Assembly (NCBI GenBank): GCA_964016885.1
Contig: OZ024740.1
Location: 158,038,001 to 158,102,000, forward strand
From: Eledone cirrhosa
Lineage: Eukaryota
DNA length: 64,000 nucleotides
Reading direction: 5' to 3'
This document shows positions 37,101 through 53,806 of the stretch, in pieces. The position numbers were made by a program, and so were the translations under genes. Numbering within the stretch: position 1 is the stretch's first letter; every line of letters starts with the position of its first letter. The notes beneath the pieces were generated by a model. That model ran no database searches and had not been told where the DNA came from. It saw nothing but the letters and a program-made list of their open reading frames with translations.

Positions 37101-37465
37101 AATGATTTCTAATTTAGGCACAATGCCAACAATTTTGGAGAAAGGAGAAAGTCGATTGCATCAGCCCAGTATTTGACTGGTACTTTATTTTATCAATCCC
37201 CAAAAGATTAAAGGAAATGATAACCTGGGATTTGTACTGAGAGTGTCAAGAGCCATAACTAAATACCGTAAGGCATTTTGTCCGATGTTCTAACACTTCT
37301 GCCAGTCCCTTTGATTTCTAATTTAAACACAAGGACAGCAATTGGAGAAAGGGCTTCATTAAATCGACCTCACTACTTGACTGTTACCTTAGTTTTCGAA
37401 CGCAGAAGTATCAGAGGCAAAGATGAACTTGGCGGGATTTGAAACCATAACATAAAGAGCCGCAA
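37100..37465 (-). mobile_element. Two diverged SINE copies
   Basis: Recognisable tail, core and B-box remnants. Confidence 0.8.
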
Positions 37466-38371
37466 TGTGTAGCTTAGTTATGGAATAGACTGTCAAATAA
37501 AATGCATGGTGATAAGTACATGAAAGGGCATCGTAAGTGTTGGGAATGAAGTGCTGTATGTGATGGTTGGTTGTCTATGTAGTAAGGGGGTGTTTACAGA
37601 GAAAAACACAGTACGGGTGGCATGATGCACACATAAATATACACACGTCAACATACATCGTTAATCATATATAATACATACATACGCACATACATATATA
37701 CATACACTCATACACACACATATATATACACACACGCACACACACACACACACACATATATACACATATACACATATATATATATGTTTGCATATGATTG
37801 TATATATTGATACTCATCTATGTATGTGTACATGCATACGTACGTACGCGCGCATATGTGTATGTATACATGTTTTGGCTGGTTGTGTGCGTGTGTGCGT
37901 GCATATAATTGTGTACTGGTATGTGTAACTAAATTAGTTCAACACATATATGTTTCTGAAAAACTGCTAACCTTAGCAGTAAAATTCACATACCGAAACA
38001 TACATTTAAAACACATGATATCTGAAAGACAGCTATCATTGAATATTGAGGGAAGAGAGGGTAGTGCTGCGAGATGGGTGTGAGAGGTGAGTATGGGTCG
38101 AAATATTGTATCCACTCTCATCATGCTCCTTTAGACCGGAGAACACTACTGGAAGAGGCCATTTACCCTTGGAAGTAAGGACAATGAAAAGTATGTGAAT
38201 TCTTCTGAATGAAACCTGGCAGCTACCCTCCTCAAGAAATGATTCATTATATTTCCTCATATACGGTTCTTTCATGCCCGTTTTATCATACTTGAATCTA
38301 TGTACACCCCTTTCCAGATGTTTTATAACTTGCCCTTGCGTTGACCACATATCTTTCACCACTGTGACAAA

Positions 38372-38563
38372 TAATTGTTTTTACTTTTGGCACAATGCTA
38401 GCAATTATCCCAGTGTATTACTGGTACTTTATTTTATCGACCCCGTAAGGATGAAAGGCAAAGTTAACCTCAGCGGGATTTGAACTCAGATCGTAAAGGA
38501 CCGTAACTCTATGCTGCAAAGCATGGCGTCCGACACTCTACCGATACTGCCAATCCATCGCCC
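38372..38563 (-). mobile_element. Full-length SINE with degenerate TSD
   Basis: cactgtgacaaataat versus cattatgataaataat flanks. Confidence 0.9.
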
Positions 38564-38861
38564 TCATTATGATAAATAATGAAACATTTATCATTCAATA
38601 TATATTTTAAATTTAAAACATACAGGCAACTCTCAAAATAGCTCCGCGAATATTCTAATTTTACCATGATCTATTTGAAGAAAATGTCGTTTTTTGTTTG
38701 TTTGTTTGTTTTTGTCTCAATTTGAAAAGAAAGGACTGCAAGAATTTTTTATCGTTTACCCCATTGCCAGGGACAAAAAATAAGACTATTCTTTAGACAT
38801 TTAATGTTTTACCAAAAATATACATAGTCGATCTCTCGGACTTTTAAGCGCTGAGAATATA

Positions 38862-39262
38862 GATATATAAGTATTAAAGGATGAAGTATTCATGCGCAGA
38901 GGTGCAATGAACTAGCTTATAGAATAGGGGAAAGACCTTTAAAAGACGGAAAAGAAGTTGCCATCAGCTGTTATGAGGAATTGAACCCCATATATCCGAG
39001 ATACCGGCTAGGTGTTTTAAACCATTAAGCTAATGGACCGTGTTATTCATCTATCTAGTTAAAAAGACGGTAAAGTATTATCACGGTCCCTTAGCTTAAC
39101 GGTTTAAAGCGTTTAGCTGGTATCTGAAAGATGTGAGGTTCAATTCCTCATTGCGCTCGATAGCAATTTTTTTCCCAGTCTTTTAAGGGTCTTCACCCTA
39201 TTTTATAAGCTATACTATAGCATACCTAGGCACTAGCACATCATCCCTTATACTTATATATA
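38862..39262. repeat. Head-to-head inverted pair of tRNA-headed units (a different SINE-like family)
   Basis: Plus unit from 39082 has A box TAGCTTAACGG and B box GGTTCAATTCC. A mirror unit spans 39042 to 38862, with a ~40-bp spacer. Confidence 0.75.
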
Positions 39263-39399
39263 TTTCAATATATATATATATTTTTAATGATTTGTGTTTC
39301 AGTTGTTCAAGATAGTTTCATCTTCTGGGGTAGCAATAAAAGTGGGGACTACGCATCAAAGACTAGTGGGAATGAGATGAAAGTATTTTCCGCCGGACG

Positions 39400-39800
39400 C
39401 CTGGCCCAAATGATTGATAAAGAATGACCCGTGTGTCAAGTGATTGTGTTAAACTGGTTGACTAATTAACTCACCATTCAAATAGACCACAGCTGGATAT
39501 GAATTCAGAATGCAAAGAGCCAGAACGTATACAGCAGCACATCCCGTTCAACGTTAAACAAATTCCAGTAATGCTCCTCCCACAACTCGTACTTTATTTT
39601 ATCGGCCCCAAAATAATGAAAGGCAAAATTTGACCTCGGTGGGCTTTTTAAGTTAAAATGCAATTTGCCACAAGAAATATTGCAGGGAATTTCAAATGTT
39701 TTAACAATTCCGCCAATCCCCTACGCTGTACAAGTAATTTATTTTAGCGACCCCAAAATGATGAAAGACAAAGTCGACTTTGGCGAGATTTGAACTCAAC
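39400..39800 (-). mobile_element. Old degraded SINE cluster
   Basis: Repeated gtactttattttatcg..atgaaaggcaaa..gatttgaactc remnants. Confidence 0.7.
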
Positions 39801-40054
39801 CTGCAGCAGTTTGAGTGGAACATCAACTGTCAGTGGGTCTGTGAAAGCCATGGACACTGCTTTCCTCCTTCAGACCTACAGATCAAATATAAATAAATAG
39901 AATAAGAGCTCAAACATCAGAAAGAAATAATTTTCTCCATCGGTATATCTCGGTTTGTGAGAGTTTCGAATGGTTAAATATGTCATTTCGAATGCGCTAC
40001 ATTCATCATGGTGATAAACATTTTTGTAAATACAAAGTTATCGTTGTCTGCATT

Positions 40055-42388
<2,334 letters not shown>

Positions 42389-42414
42389 ATATATATATAT
42401 ATATATATATACCT

Positions 42415-42490
<76 letters not shown>

Positions 42491-42539
42491 AATATTATAT
42501 AGTTGAGTAAGAGTGGAAAGCGGAGTTAGTCTAGTTATT

Positions 42540-43310
42540 AAATGTTAAAAGACTGAAACGATGAATTCAGATTATGCCAATCCCCTGGATCGCAGGATAG
42601 GAAGACAAACAATAAGGACCACTGACTACCTCAAGTACTTGGAGTCTATTGTTACATGTAATGACTCAGGCAATTAACAGTTTCGCGAAATAATTTGAAA
42701 AACAGAATAAACGCCAGACATTGGAATTTCTATGAAAATCAAACTATCTCTCGAAACCTTATATACACAGTCTGTTCGCTTTTTACGCGAACTTAAAATA
42801 CACGAATTTGCTTTAATGCCTCTTGAAAAATATTATTAAATATTCAGTTTGCGCGAATAACGTGCTATAACGCGTGTGGTATTTAATTTTCTTTATTTAT
42901 CAGAAAATTAGACTTGAATTACGCGAATTTGCTTTACACGCCGCGTTCACGGACGCATCTTCGTGTAAAAAGCGAACAGACTGTATTTGCTAATCCCAAT
43001 AATATTTTATGAACATCGTTCTTGGCACAGTACGACAAGATGGCTCTAAATTCTTAGTTTCTGAATATAAAGCCATACGTAGAATGTTAAGAATCTGGTA
43101 GCAAAATAAACTGACCAATGAGGGACTGAAAGAGAAGGTTGGTGTACCACTAATTCATAACTTTATAAGATCGTCTTGGTGGTGATGTTTGGAACACCTC
43201 GATAGGGGAGACGAAAGTCAGGCTTGTGATATGGTCAGTTGAACGAGAGACAACAGGAGAGGAAAAAGGACGAGAAATGTTCGGATAACTTAAGAGAGAA
43301 GATACAAGGT
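42540..43310 (+). mobile_element. Highly degraded RTE-like RT C-terminal fragment interrupted by a MITE
   Basis: LKYLESIVT-like segment at about 42630 and W-rich thumb remnants near 43180. Confidence 0.45.
42768..42983. mobile_element. MITE with 24-bp TIRs, Tc1/mariner/pogo-like
   Basis: CAGTCTGTTCGCTTTTTACGCGAA ... TTCGTGTAAAAAGCGAACAGACTG, followed by TA (left flank is CA). Confidence 0.82.
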
Positions 43311-43493
43311 ATGTATGTTTGTTGGAAATACCATCATAGACTAATGCATCACATGCGCGCGGAAGGATGTATGTATGTATGTATGTATGTATGTATGTAT
43401 GTATGTATGTATGTATGTATGTATGTATGTATGTATGTATGCATGTATGTATGTATTTTTTAGTTTAATTATTTTAAATTTCGAACTAACAGA

Positions 43494-43576
<83 letters not shown>

Positions 43577-44464
43577 CGAGAAAGATATGTAGATAGATAG
43601 TCAGAGAGGGGGGGGGTCCTAACCTAGAACAAAGGGGCTTTCGTGGGAATAGAGACATCAACTTGCTAACTATGTACGCCTGTCTTCTTCTTTGTATGTG
43701 TGCAAGCATGGATACCACGTGTGGATCTGCATGTTTTGGTTTATCTATGAGCTCATATATATTTCTATCTACACGTGTGTGTATGCAGTTATTACATGCT
43801 AAACTTCTGGAATATTCTACATATTTTTACAACTACAATAATGATTTCTTAATTAACCATGATCTTTCCAGTTTTATGAAGCATATCTTAGCACAGATAT
43901 TTATGATGTGGGCAAGGTGACATCTGCTGTCGCATATAGATATTTTACCTGCATCTCTATCCCATTTATGTATAAAGTATTTCGTTGGCATTTCCTGCAC
44001 CTGGATTAAAAAAAATAAGGTGTTTTAAAATTTTGATTTCTTCTGTAACTACTGCAAACAAGATTCTGCTTACCTTTCTCGATATAGTCTTTCTTCGATT
44101 CTTCAACATTGTTTTTGAAGTTGTCGTGACCAAATGTTGTTTTTAGCAAATCTCTGTAGTGATTCCAAATTTGCGACGGATATCACAACGGTTTTTAATA
44201 AACTATTTTTCCAATAAATGTGATCAGAAGAATGTCCAGTCATTTGACATGGCTGATAGTTGTGGCATTGTTTTTAAAGACTCTATTCAGCTCAAACTTA
44301 ATGAACAGATCTACATGTCAGATATGCGACTGTTCGCGTTGAGTGTCTAAAGTATGTATGTATGTATGTATGTATGTATGTATGTATGTATGTATGTATG
44401 TATGTATGTATGTATGTATGTATGTATGTACGTATGTATGTATGTATGTATGTATGTATGTATG

Positions 44465-45112
44465 CACCAGCATTGAATCTGTCATCATATCCTCTCAAAT
44501 GCGGTGGGCAGGCCATGGTTGTACGCATGAAAGATAATAGACTCAAGGCAACTGTTTTACAGTTAGTTGCACACGGAGAAACGCCCTCAGCCCAAACCAA
44601 GAAAAATATACAACCTTAACGATCTACAAATTGACATTCACAACTGGGAAGTATTGGCTTTAGGGAGGGCTGAATGGCGAAGACGTGTGTGGGAGGACGA
44701 CAGAATGTTTGAAGAGTGACATCTTGAAAACGAAAAGCTTAAGCGTCCATTTCTTAAGGGTCATAATATGAACGTCAATGAGAACATAGGGAGATAAATA
44801 TGTTAAGCAAGTGGTCGTGTACTGCTCTCTAAATGTGGGTATGTCATACACTTTAAATCACATTAAACATCAACTGTACACAACACTCTCCCTCCTCGCC
44901 CAGGTGAGACACTACAAATGGTGCGAAGAAAAGCTAACGTCCCACAAACTGACCCAATCAATCCAGTGGAGTGCACATCTTTTGTATGCCATATTTTCTG
45001 GTCTGTAGCGGGACTGATAAACCATCTGAGAGGTCACAGACGGGTGGTTAGTAATGATGGTTATGGGGGTACACAAAGAGACGGTAATCATCTGTAAAAT
45101 TTAACAGTCACC
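44465..45112 (+). mobile_element. Degraded RTE 3' end flanked by (TATG)n
   Basis: SIESVIISSQMRWAGH motif and a degenerate C2H2-like remnant near 44980-45040. Confidence 0.7.
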
Positions 45113-45145
<33 letters not shown>

Positions 45146-45369
45146 TGTATGTATGTATGTATGTATGTATGTATGTATGTATGTATGTATGGTTGTAGGT
45201 AGGTAGGTAGGTAGGTAGGTAGGTAGGTAGGTAGGTAGGTAGGTAGGTAGGTAGGTAGGTAGGTAGGTAGGTATGTCTGTAGGTATGTACGTATGTATGT
45301 ATATTCTGGTCTTATAATTTCACAAATTTTTGCCAATAGAGAGAGAGAGAGAGTTGGTTTCTAACATAG

Positions 45370-45986
45370 ATACAAGACTCTCTTATTGGAATTTACACGT
45401 CAACTAGGTAGATATGTATGCATGTCTGCATGCATGTGTGTGCAGGTATGGATGTTATTTTATGTGCGGATGTGTATGTTTTGAGTTATATGTGTGCATG
45501 TGTATATGATTTGTCTCGGTACATGTATACGTGCAGTTATTATATGCAGAATTTTTGGAATGTTTTACATATTTTTACTGTTCCAGTAATGGATTGTACT
45601 TGTAGTTTCCTAACTAGTTGTGTTCTTTCTGTTCCTGTGAAGCCTAGCTTCTCAAGATTTGTATTGAGGCAGTTACTAACATATCTCAGTGCCCCAATAA
45701 TCACAGGCATAAATCTGAAGGTATAGTCAGGGTGGAGTATCTGCAGATTTCTCATTAGTTCTGCATAGATATTCTCCAGCAGATGTCAATATAATATCTT
45801 TAATATTATATTGGCATCTGCTGGGCAGCTAGCTTCCACTACATGCATGCCTTCTTTTCCCCTGTCCCATATCATTATATCTGGTCTGTTATGTCTGCAT
45901 TTTATTGGGTTTTTTTACTGGAACATTCCACCAGTACTCTTTCATACTATGTATATGTGTCTTCCACATTGCTGTAGCTTCACATT
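45370..45986 (-). mobile_element. R4/Dong-like RLE 3' fragment related to the element at 1-865
   Basis: HNRPDIMIWD and YTFRFMPVIIGAL..GTVKICKTFQKF align with the C-terminus of ORF 22-783. The 5' junction is in (TATG)n. Confidence 0.85.
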
Positions 45987-46464
45987 TGTATGTATGTATG
46001 TATGTATGTATGTATGTATGTATGTATGTATGTATGTATGTATGTATGTATGTATGTATGTATGTATGTATGTCAGATTGTTTGCCAATGAGTAGAACTG
46101 GTGATTCCGGTTAGTAAACGATGATGCAATAAACTAAAGTACTCGATGTTATGCAGATCATCCATTGTAGATGTGGTGTCCAATGGTTGGTGCAGGAACG
46201 GAGTGAAATGTTCATTAAAAACAACAGAAGTCTGGACTGGAAACTTTATAAATTTGATTCAATGGCCCAGCTTCATCATTAGAATATGATGCAAAACCCA
46301 GGTGAATTCATCAGGTGTCAATTGCAGAATTAGTTATATAAGAACATAGAATTTTGGCGAACACAAATAGAGAATAGAAGATAGGAAATAGGAGCCATTA
46401 CAATAACATGGGTCGGCGGGCCATCCCCGAATCAAAACCAGACCTCTATTTTCTATTTTCTATT

Positions 46465-46650
46465 CTTAATTGAGGGAAAAGCAGGGGAAAAAAATTAACC
46501 CCAGTACTTTACTGCTACTTTGTTTGTTGATCCGAAAGGATGAAAGGCAAAGTTGATCTCGGTAGGCTTCGAACTCAGAGCTCATAGAACCAGAACAAAT
46601 ATCACAAGGCATTTTACTCTACGCTCTATCTACTTTGTTGATTCATCGCT
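46465..46650 (-). mobile_element. Diverged SINE copy
   Basis: ggatgaaaggcaaagttga..ttcgaactcag remnant. Confidence 0.75.
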
Positions 46651-47246
46651 TAGATTATGCGATGCAGTCCTTCTTTGTTTAAGGCGGTATTGTGTGTCTT
46701 GAATCAGCTGATATTTCTAGCATGTAAAGCGATCATATAGTGCAGTTATTCTGAACAGAGAGCTATTGTGAATATTTATGTTGTCAATTTTTCTAAATTT
46801 GACATTATTATTTTTTATGCCAAACATATTTTTATATTGAGGTGGTGGGGCATTAAAATATTTGAGGTTTCCTGGTGGGTCATTGAGCAGAAAAGGTTAA
46901 GATCTACTGACATAGAGGGTCCCTTGTTGGCTTTTAAAGTGCCAGTTATGTAGTGGGGATAGGTGGGTTTTAACTATATCCACCTGTGTGGCCTTGTGTC
47001 TGTTATATGTCACTATTTTCCTCTAATGAGTAACGTCGGGGTGGGGGCAGCCTGGGGTTGAAATGGCAATAAATTGACAGGATATATAAAATGGAAATTT
47101 GATTTAAAACAAAATAAACCTTAAAAGAAATGTATGAATAATTCTGTTGTTTTTTAAACATAGTAAAACTTTCGCTGTTGTGTCTGGATTTGTCTATATA
47201 CAACTCTTTCTCTGGCAACATTTGAAGTATATAAGTATATGTATGG

Positions 47247-47346
<100 letters not shown>

Positions 47347-47695
47347 TAGAAGGCACCAAAAAAGCATAAACAGACTTTTTCGTTCATCAGCTACTCATAA
47401 CGGAATTCCATCACAGTAATAGGCTTAAAATAGACCAGTTACTGTACGGAAGTAGTGAAACGAAACGAGGAACATGCGAACAAAGAAACAGACGATATTA
47501 TAACAATAACAAAACGATCTACAGAACGAAAAAAAGTATTGTTTATATACTTCAGGGTACATATACTGCTGCCGTCACTTACAAAGTATGGTTTGGTATT
47601 ATGTACCACACTTTCGCTAATGGTTTCAGGTGCCATGCCGTCACGAGCTGACTCAAACATCCCGGACGACTGTATATTAATTGTGTGTGTGTGTG

Positions 47696-47745
<50 letters not shown>

Positions 47746-47811
47746 ATTAACAGGTGCGTGTATTTTTATTGGCAGCATGACCCTCCCAAAGTTTAACAAT
47801 ATATATATATA

Positions 47812-48509
47812 TGTAGCGAGATCTGTCCACGCCTTGAACCTTGGGTGACACCTAAAGGTCAAATTCTAGGTCACCACCCTTTTGGTGTGAACAGGTTGAT
47901 GCGTTGGCTTTCCCCTAAAGGTGGGAGGCAGGAAGCAACGGGTATATAAAGCCTTTATCATCCCACGTTTACACAGAGACATCGGAGCACCCCACTACAG
48001 AACAAGCTATGTGAAAGATTCACCACAATCAACAGACCCCAGTGGTCTACAGAAAGACAAGAAAGATCGGAACATTACGCTAGCAACTATGTAAAGATTC
48101 ACAGTTACTACAGATCCCAGAGGTCTACATAAATACAGTGATTGGAGCCCTACTACTATAGAACACAAATGTGGAAGATTCACCGCTGTCTGCAGGCCAC
48201 GGTGGTTCACAGTTACTACAGACCATAACAGAGGTATACAGATCATATCTCTCTCTCTCTTAATACGGTCTCAGAATTACTACCACGGACTCCAACTTCC
48301 AACAACAACATTATCTGTTCGCTCGCTGTTTTCACATCAACAACAATAATAAAATTAACAACTCTTGGTAACTGTTTGATTGTACTTTTTAATTGATTCA
48401 CGTGAAGTAAACCAAATCATTTATTCTTATTATTATTGTTATTTTAACTAATAATCATGTTAATCCATCTAACAACATCTAACTATTACTTAATTCATTT
48501 TTACCCTTC

Positions 48510-48512
<3 letters not shown>
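47812..48512 (+). mobile_element. Possible solo or partial LTR in (TA)n with internal ~75-bp repeats
   Basis: Begins TGTAGCGAG (compare TGTAGCAAG at 60129), TATATAAA at 47943, three gattcac-containing repeats at 48006-48230. No clear 3' CA. Confidence 0.45.
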
Positions 48513-48551
<39 letters not shown>

Positions 48552-48555
<4 letters not shown>

Positions 48556-49610
48556 CAAATGAAGAAAGTTGGTTGATTAAAAATCTGCCGACTTATTCTT
48601 TAACAGACGTGAAGCACTCCATCGTTTTAGTTCATCCGGAGTTTTATTGTAACAAATAGTAGAGATGGTTTTATTCATATATCTTTATTTTATTCGTTAT
48701 GCGTATTTCAAAGAAGTTATATAATAACTCTCTTACACGTTCTCTTCAGACAAATATACAAATGAGATGTAATTTTCCATTGATATGCTACCAGTCGGAC
48801 GTTTTATTCACCTCGCCGACCAGTAAGCATATGGCCAGATTTCTCTTGTAGCAGTTCTATTGTGGGTGGGAGGTAGTATAGTTGCTGGCATTGGTGATTG
48901 TAAGCTGGCTGGGGTATCAGGTTATCAGATTTATCGCTTGATTCATAATAAGGCATGGACGTACTGTTAATTTTTTTTTTTTTATATTTCCGGACTAGGT
49001 TTTACTTACTTAGATTTTAGTATTAATTTTAGATATTGATACTTTGATGGTGATGTTATAATGTATCTATATATTTATGAATGGTTTATTAATTATTTGA
49101 TGGTCTATTTTATATTACTTACGGGAGTTTTAACTATATACTCTGCGGAATGTCTTATATATCTTATGTAAACAAGTATTAAATATGTCAGAGCGTTTAT
49201 TGATAATTTTGTGCTAACTATGTACAAAGTCTCTGTAGTAGAGGTCACACCCAGAAGATATAGATCCATTTATATAAGGAAAAGCATGTGAAAGTTTTGA
49301 CCAAAAAAGGGAGTATTGCACTTGGTTACTGTTTAGCGACCAAATCAGTTCCGACAGGGCTGTGCTAGACCTTTTATCAGCTCTTTTAAAGGAGTGGCGA
49401 TGGTTGTACCATCTTCCCTTAAATCTTGTAGAGGTTGCGCCAATATATCTATAAGTCTCACTACTCGTTGTTACTTTACATTCATAAACAATATTCTTAT
49501 CTAAACAACTATTTTGCGCAGAACATCTGTTATGGTCTCTACAATTGCAATTATTCTCATTACTGTTCATTGTTCTTTAAAACCGTCTCTCTTATTTGTT
49601 ATTATTACAT
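48552..49610 (-). mobile_element. Penelope-like element 3' part: GIY-YIG endonuclease remnant and 3' region with a hammerhead-like core
   Basis: ORF 49214-49570: CNC....C....C..KNIVYECKV..YIGAT..FKGRWYNHRHSF..STALSELIW. Minus-strand CTGAAGA..GAAA at about 48705-48752. Confidence 0.85.
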
Positions 49611-49620
49611 ATGTATTGAA

Positions 49621-49836
49621 GGGCGGTGGATTGGCAGTATCGGTAGAGAGTCGGACACCATGCTTTGCAGCATAGAGTTACGGTCCTTTACGATCTGAGT
49701 TCAAATCCCACCGAGGTTAACTTTGCCTTTCATCCTTACGGGGTCGATAAAATAAAGCATTGGTAACGTACTGGGGTCGATTTAATCGACTTTCCCCTCC
49801 CTCCAAATTACTGGTCTTGTGCCTATACTAGAAATC
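49621..49836 (+). mobile_element. Full-length SINE with TSD
   Basis: TSD attattacatatgtattg on both sides. Confidence 0.92.
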
Positions 49837-49852
49837 ATTATTACATATGTAT

Positions 49853-50243
49853 TGGAATTTCGAATTTCTAAAGAAATACGGTATGTTTATAAAAAAAAAA
49901 CATTTAGAAAGCCATAGCTATGCGAAAACACCGGAGGTTATCGCCACCTGGCGGTGTCCAGCAGAAGCAAGGGGGGATAATAGTCGATGCATTTCGAACT
50001 GAACTGGTCTCACCAGGACGATTCCACCCGCTCTTGCAACTGCTGAACTTGCAAAGAAGCGAGAACCGTATTTCTTTAGAAATACTAAATTCCAATACAT
50101 AAATCCTAATTCTATTATATTATAAGTTGAGCGAACTTATACAGCCTCATATGCTAATGCGAACTTGTACAGCTTCATTTTACACAGACGGAAAAATTAT
50201 ATATAAACATACCGTATTTCTTTAGAAATACGAAATTCCAACA
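49853..50243. mobile_element. Rearranged relative of the 10820-11550 HHR module
   Basis: Shared blocks gaaatacggt, gtccagcagaagcaagggg and tataagttgagc. Minus-strand HHR at 49983-50019 with variant core CTGGTGA. Confidence 0.78.
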
Positions 50244-50247
50244 CACG

Positions 50248-50280
<33 letters not shown>

Positions 50281-50349
50281 TTGAAAATGAACGAACAAAA
50301 CACAGGAAGGAGGCAATTGTACACAGCTATATTAGGTAGAAGAGAAGAG

Positions 50350-50387
50350 GTTTCAACATTTCGGACAGAAGTCCTTCATCGGGAAAG
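50350..50387 (-). ncRNA. Hammerhead-like motif with CCGATGA variant core
   Basis: tttc-CCGATGA-aggacttctgtcc-GAAA-tgtt-gaaa. Confidence 0.5.
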
Positions 50388-50732
50388 TTCAGATAGGGGG
50401 CAGGGAGCAGAAACTCCGAGGAGGAGTAAAGGGGTATACAAACTTATAAATAAAACATTTAAAATACCATATTGATCTTTGATACTTGGTAAAGAGTAAA
50501 GGATAAAAAGATCCTTCATATACGAATGACCATGGGATTTGCACCTAGAAAGTTTCTCCTTGGGGCACAAGCCCGGGCAAGGTGTTTTTATGCAAGACCA
50601 ACAGTTATGCATACATACCAGTCTCTCCTCTCCACGGGAAAGCAAAAGCTGATACAAATTGGCACCAATGGTGTTGTAACTAATTTCAACAGTAAACTGG
50701 AGCAACGTTAGATATAGTGTAATGCTCTAGGA

Positions 50733-50875
50733 CAGCGGTCGCTAAGCGGTGGTCTCCGGACCACTGGTGGTCCGAGAGAAAATGTTGGTGGTCCCCAAAA
50801 AATGTTTAATATATTTAACTTTTAAAAAAAATTCATGTTAGTGGTCCGTGGGGTCAGAAAGGTTGGCGACCACTG
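50733..50875. mobile_element. hAT (Charlie-like) MITE, 143 bp, with perfect 8-bp TSD
   Basis: TSD CTCTAGGA at 50725-50732 and 50876-50883. TIR CAGCGGTCGC / GCGACCACTG. Subterminal GTGGTCC repeats. Confidence 0.92.
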
Positions 50876-51364
50876 CTCTAGGACACAAACTCAAGATTGT
50901 GAATCTAACTCTCTAACCACTTATCCATCACGCGACTTCACCAATACTTGGTAGTTGTTTTTAATTAAACTATGAACTTTTCACTGGGTTAGCGAGTGTA
51001 CATGTATGCATTACGCGACTATACGGTTTTCATCCGTTAAATAATTTAAAATATTTTAACAAATACTTTAGTTGATGATGGAAAGATGTCAACACTGAAC
51101 GTTTTTTTCTATGTTCAACGTTTGTTCAGAATAGAGCCTTTATATAACAGCATAGTCATTCTCTCTTATTCAACAGTTTTCGTAGCGTATACCGTATATA
51201 AATACAAGCTTGTCTCTTTTACAAAATTGATTGCTTGAAATTGGTAAAGCATGAAACTATTAGTCACAATGTATGTAATTTCAGCTTAAAATAAAATTAT
51301 ATATCACATGCAGACACACACGTGTGTATATATATTTATATATATATATCTATCTATCTATCTA

Positions 51365-51455
<91 letters not shown>

Positions 51456-51520
51456 TATATATATATAATATATATATATATACATACATACATACATACA
51501 TACATACATACATACATACA

Positions 51521-51630
<110 letters not shown>

Positions 51631-51765
51631 CATATGTGTGTGTGTGTTTGCGTACTTATATATGCATATATATATATATATATTTATATGTACATGTATA
51701 TATATATATTTCGTTTCTGAATTTGTTTAGCAAGATTCTTTATCTGAAATCGTGTGTTGAAACCG

Positions 51766-51825
51766 ATATTGTTATACTTTGGGAGGGTCATGTTGCTTAT
51801 TGGCAACATGACCCTCCCAAAGTAT

Positions 51826-51833
<8 letters not shown>
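51766..51833. repeat. Short hairpin whose arm is also found at 47768-47803
   Basis: tgttatactttgggagggtcatgttgc-ttattg-gcaacatgaccctcccaaagtataaca. Confidence 0.85.
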
Positions 51834-51902
<69 letters not shown>

Positions 51903-52469
51903 TATAGATATATATATATTTATTTATATATATATATATATGTATGTATATATATATGCATATATAAACTGAGTGAAAAATATTTGTGTAAAATGCATTC
52001 GATATCTTAATGAAAATAAATACAAAACAACAAAAAGCGGTAAAGCAGTGATTTAACTCACACTTTGTTTAATTTAATGTTTAAAATAGATATTTCAAGT
52101 CATTTATATTTTCGCATAATAAACATAAAATCAATCCCACTGAGAGTAAAACTCAGCATAAATGTGTGTATCTCGATAACTCATGTATGGCAGCGTGGTT
52201 AAAAAGTTCGCTTTATCAACACGTATTTCCGTCCCGCTGCACAGCACTTTGGTCAAATGTCTCCTACTATCCCCTAGAGAGGACGAATACCTTGGAAATG
52301 GAATTTGGTAAATTGAAACTGCAGAAACCCGTCATAAGGACTTCTGTCAGATATATTGAAACCTTCTCCACTTCCCCCAAGCGTCAACCTAATATAACTG
52401 TGTAAAATTGCCTTCTATGTTTTGTCTGTTTCATTTATTAACTATATATATATATATATATATACGTAT

Positions 52470-52885
52470 ACACCTCTAGGTATGGTGGTGCCAGTCGGTT
52501 TTGCCCGTAAGTATCGGAGCTGTGACCTCTCAACTCGGAGAAGTAGCAGCTCTGATCTCCGAGATACGCACTCTATCGAGTAACCTTACTTCAAAGATCC
52601 TTCCGGGGAACCCTCATTTCGGCCGCTTATATTCGCGATCGTATTCTTCCGGTCATTACCCAAGATTCATAACCATAGGAAAGGGTTGGCACAAATACCG
52701 ATTTGAAGATAGCGAGTTTGGCTTTTAAACCTACCTCCCTTCTTCTGAATACTGAATGCTGAAGCTGGCGCATTACTGCACCAGCTTCCGCAATTCTTGT
52801 ACTTAATTCTGCCTTCTGTTTTCCATCACTCGTAAACACGACCCAGGGATACTTGAACTGCTCCGCTTGCTTCAGTGGAACTCCA
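52470..52885 (-). mobile_element. RTE-clade (Expander-like) RT C-terminal fragment
   Basis: FKY..VVFTSDGK...ELSTRI..A.AVMRQL and KAKLAIFKSVFVPTLSYGYESWVMT motifs. Confidence 0.85.
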
Positions 52886-52967
52886 TTTCATGCTCATTTA
52901 CATGCTCAGGCTTCTTTGAGAGGACGAGTGTCTCAGTTATCGTAGCATGTGCGTGAATGTATGTGTT

Positions 52968-53086
<119 letters not shown>

Positions 53087-53542
53087 CTTTGCGCATGTGT
53101 AATATATTCTGGGAGTCTCAGTATCTATGTTTAAGTTTGTTTCCCTGCCTGTGACTAAGTCATGTAACTTAGCTGTTCGACAAAAGAGATATCGATAAAA
53201 TTAGTACCAGACTTGAAAAAAATAAGAACTGGGGCATTGATATGATCGACTGCATCAAGGCAGAGCCCCAGCAGAGACGCGGTATATATACATACATGCA
53301 TACGTAGATATATGTATGTTTTGTTTGTGTGTGTAGTCATTATTGTGTTCCCTGTCAGCTTGTCTCCATGACTATCTCCCTACTCCAGGGTCTGTCTGTC
53401 TGTTTGTCAGTTGATTGTCACAAGTCTGGCTCCGCGCACTCTTAACTAAATCAGGGAAAACAATTAGTAACGCGTGTATGTGTGTGTGTGGGCATACATA
53501 ATACATACATACATACTTACGTACCTATGTATGTATATATAC

Positions 53543-53599
<57 letters not shown>

Positions 53600-53691
53600 T
53601 ATATGTATATATATATATATACATATATACATATATGTGTATTTATATATATATACTCATATACACACATATATATATACTTATATATATG

Positions 53692-53806
<115 letters not shown>

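Noticed and set aside
39082-39156. Functional tRNA gene
   Set aside because: The acceptor stem does not pair, and the unit continues into a shared non-tRNA body.
46080-46420. Possible exon or transposase remnant
   Set aside because: No sustained reading frame or convincing motif.
46743-46909. Degraded hAT/Charlie-like MITE
   Set aside because: TIRs and 8-bp TSD are too degenerate to support with confidence.
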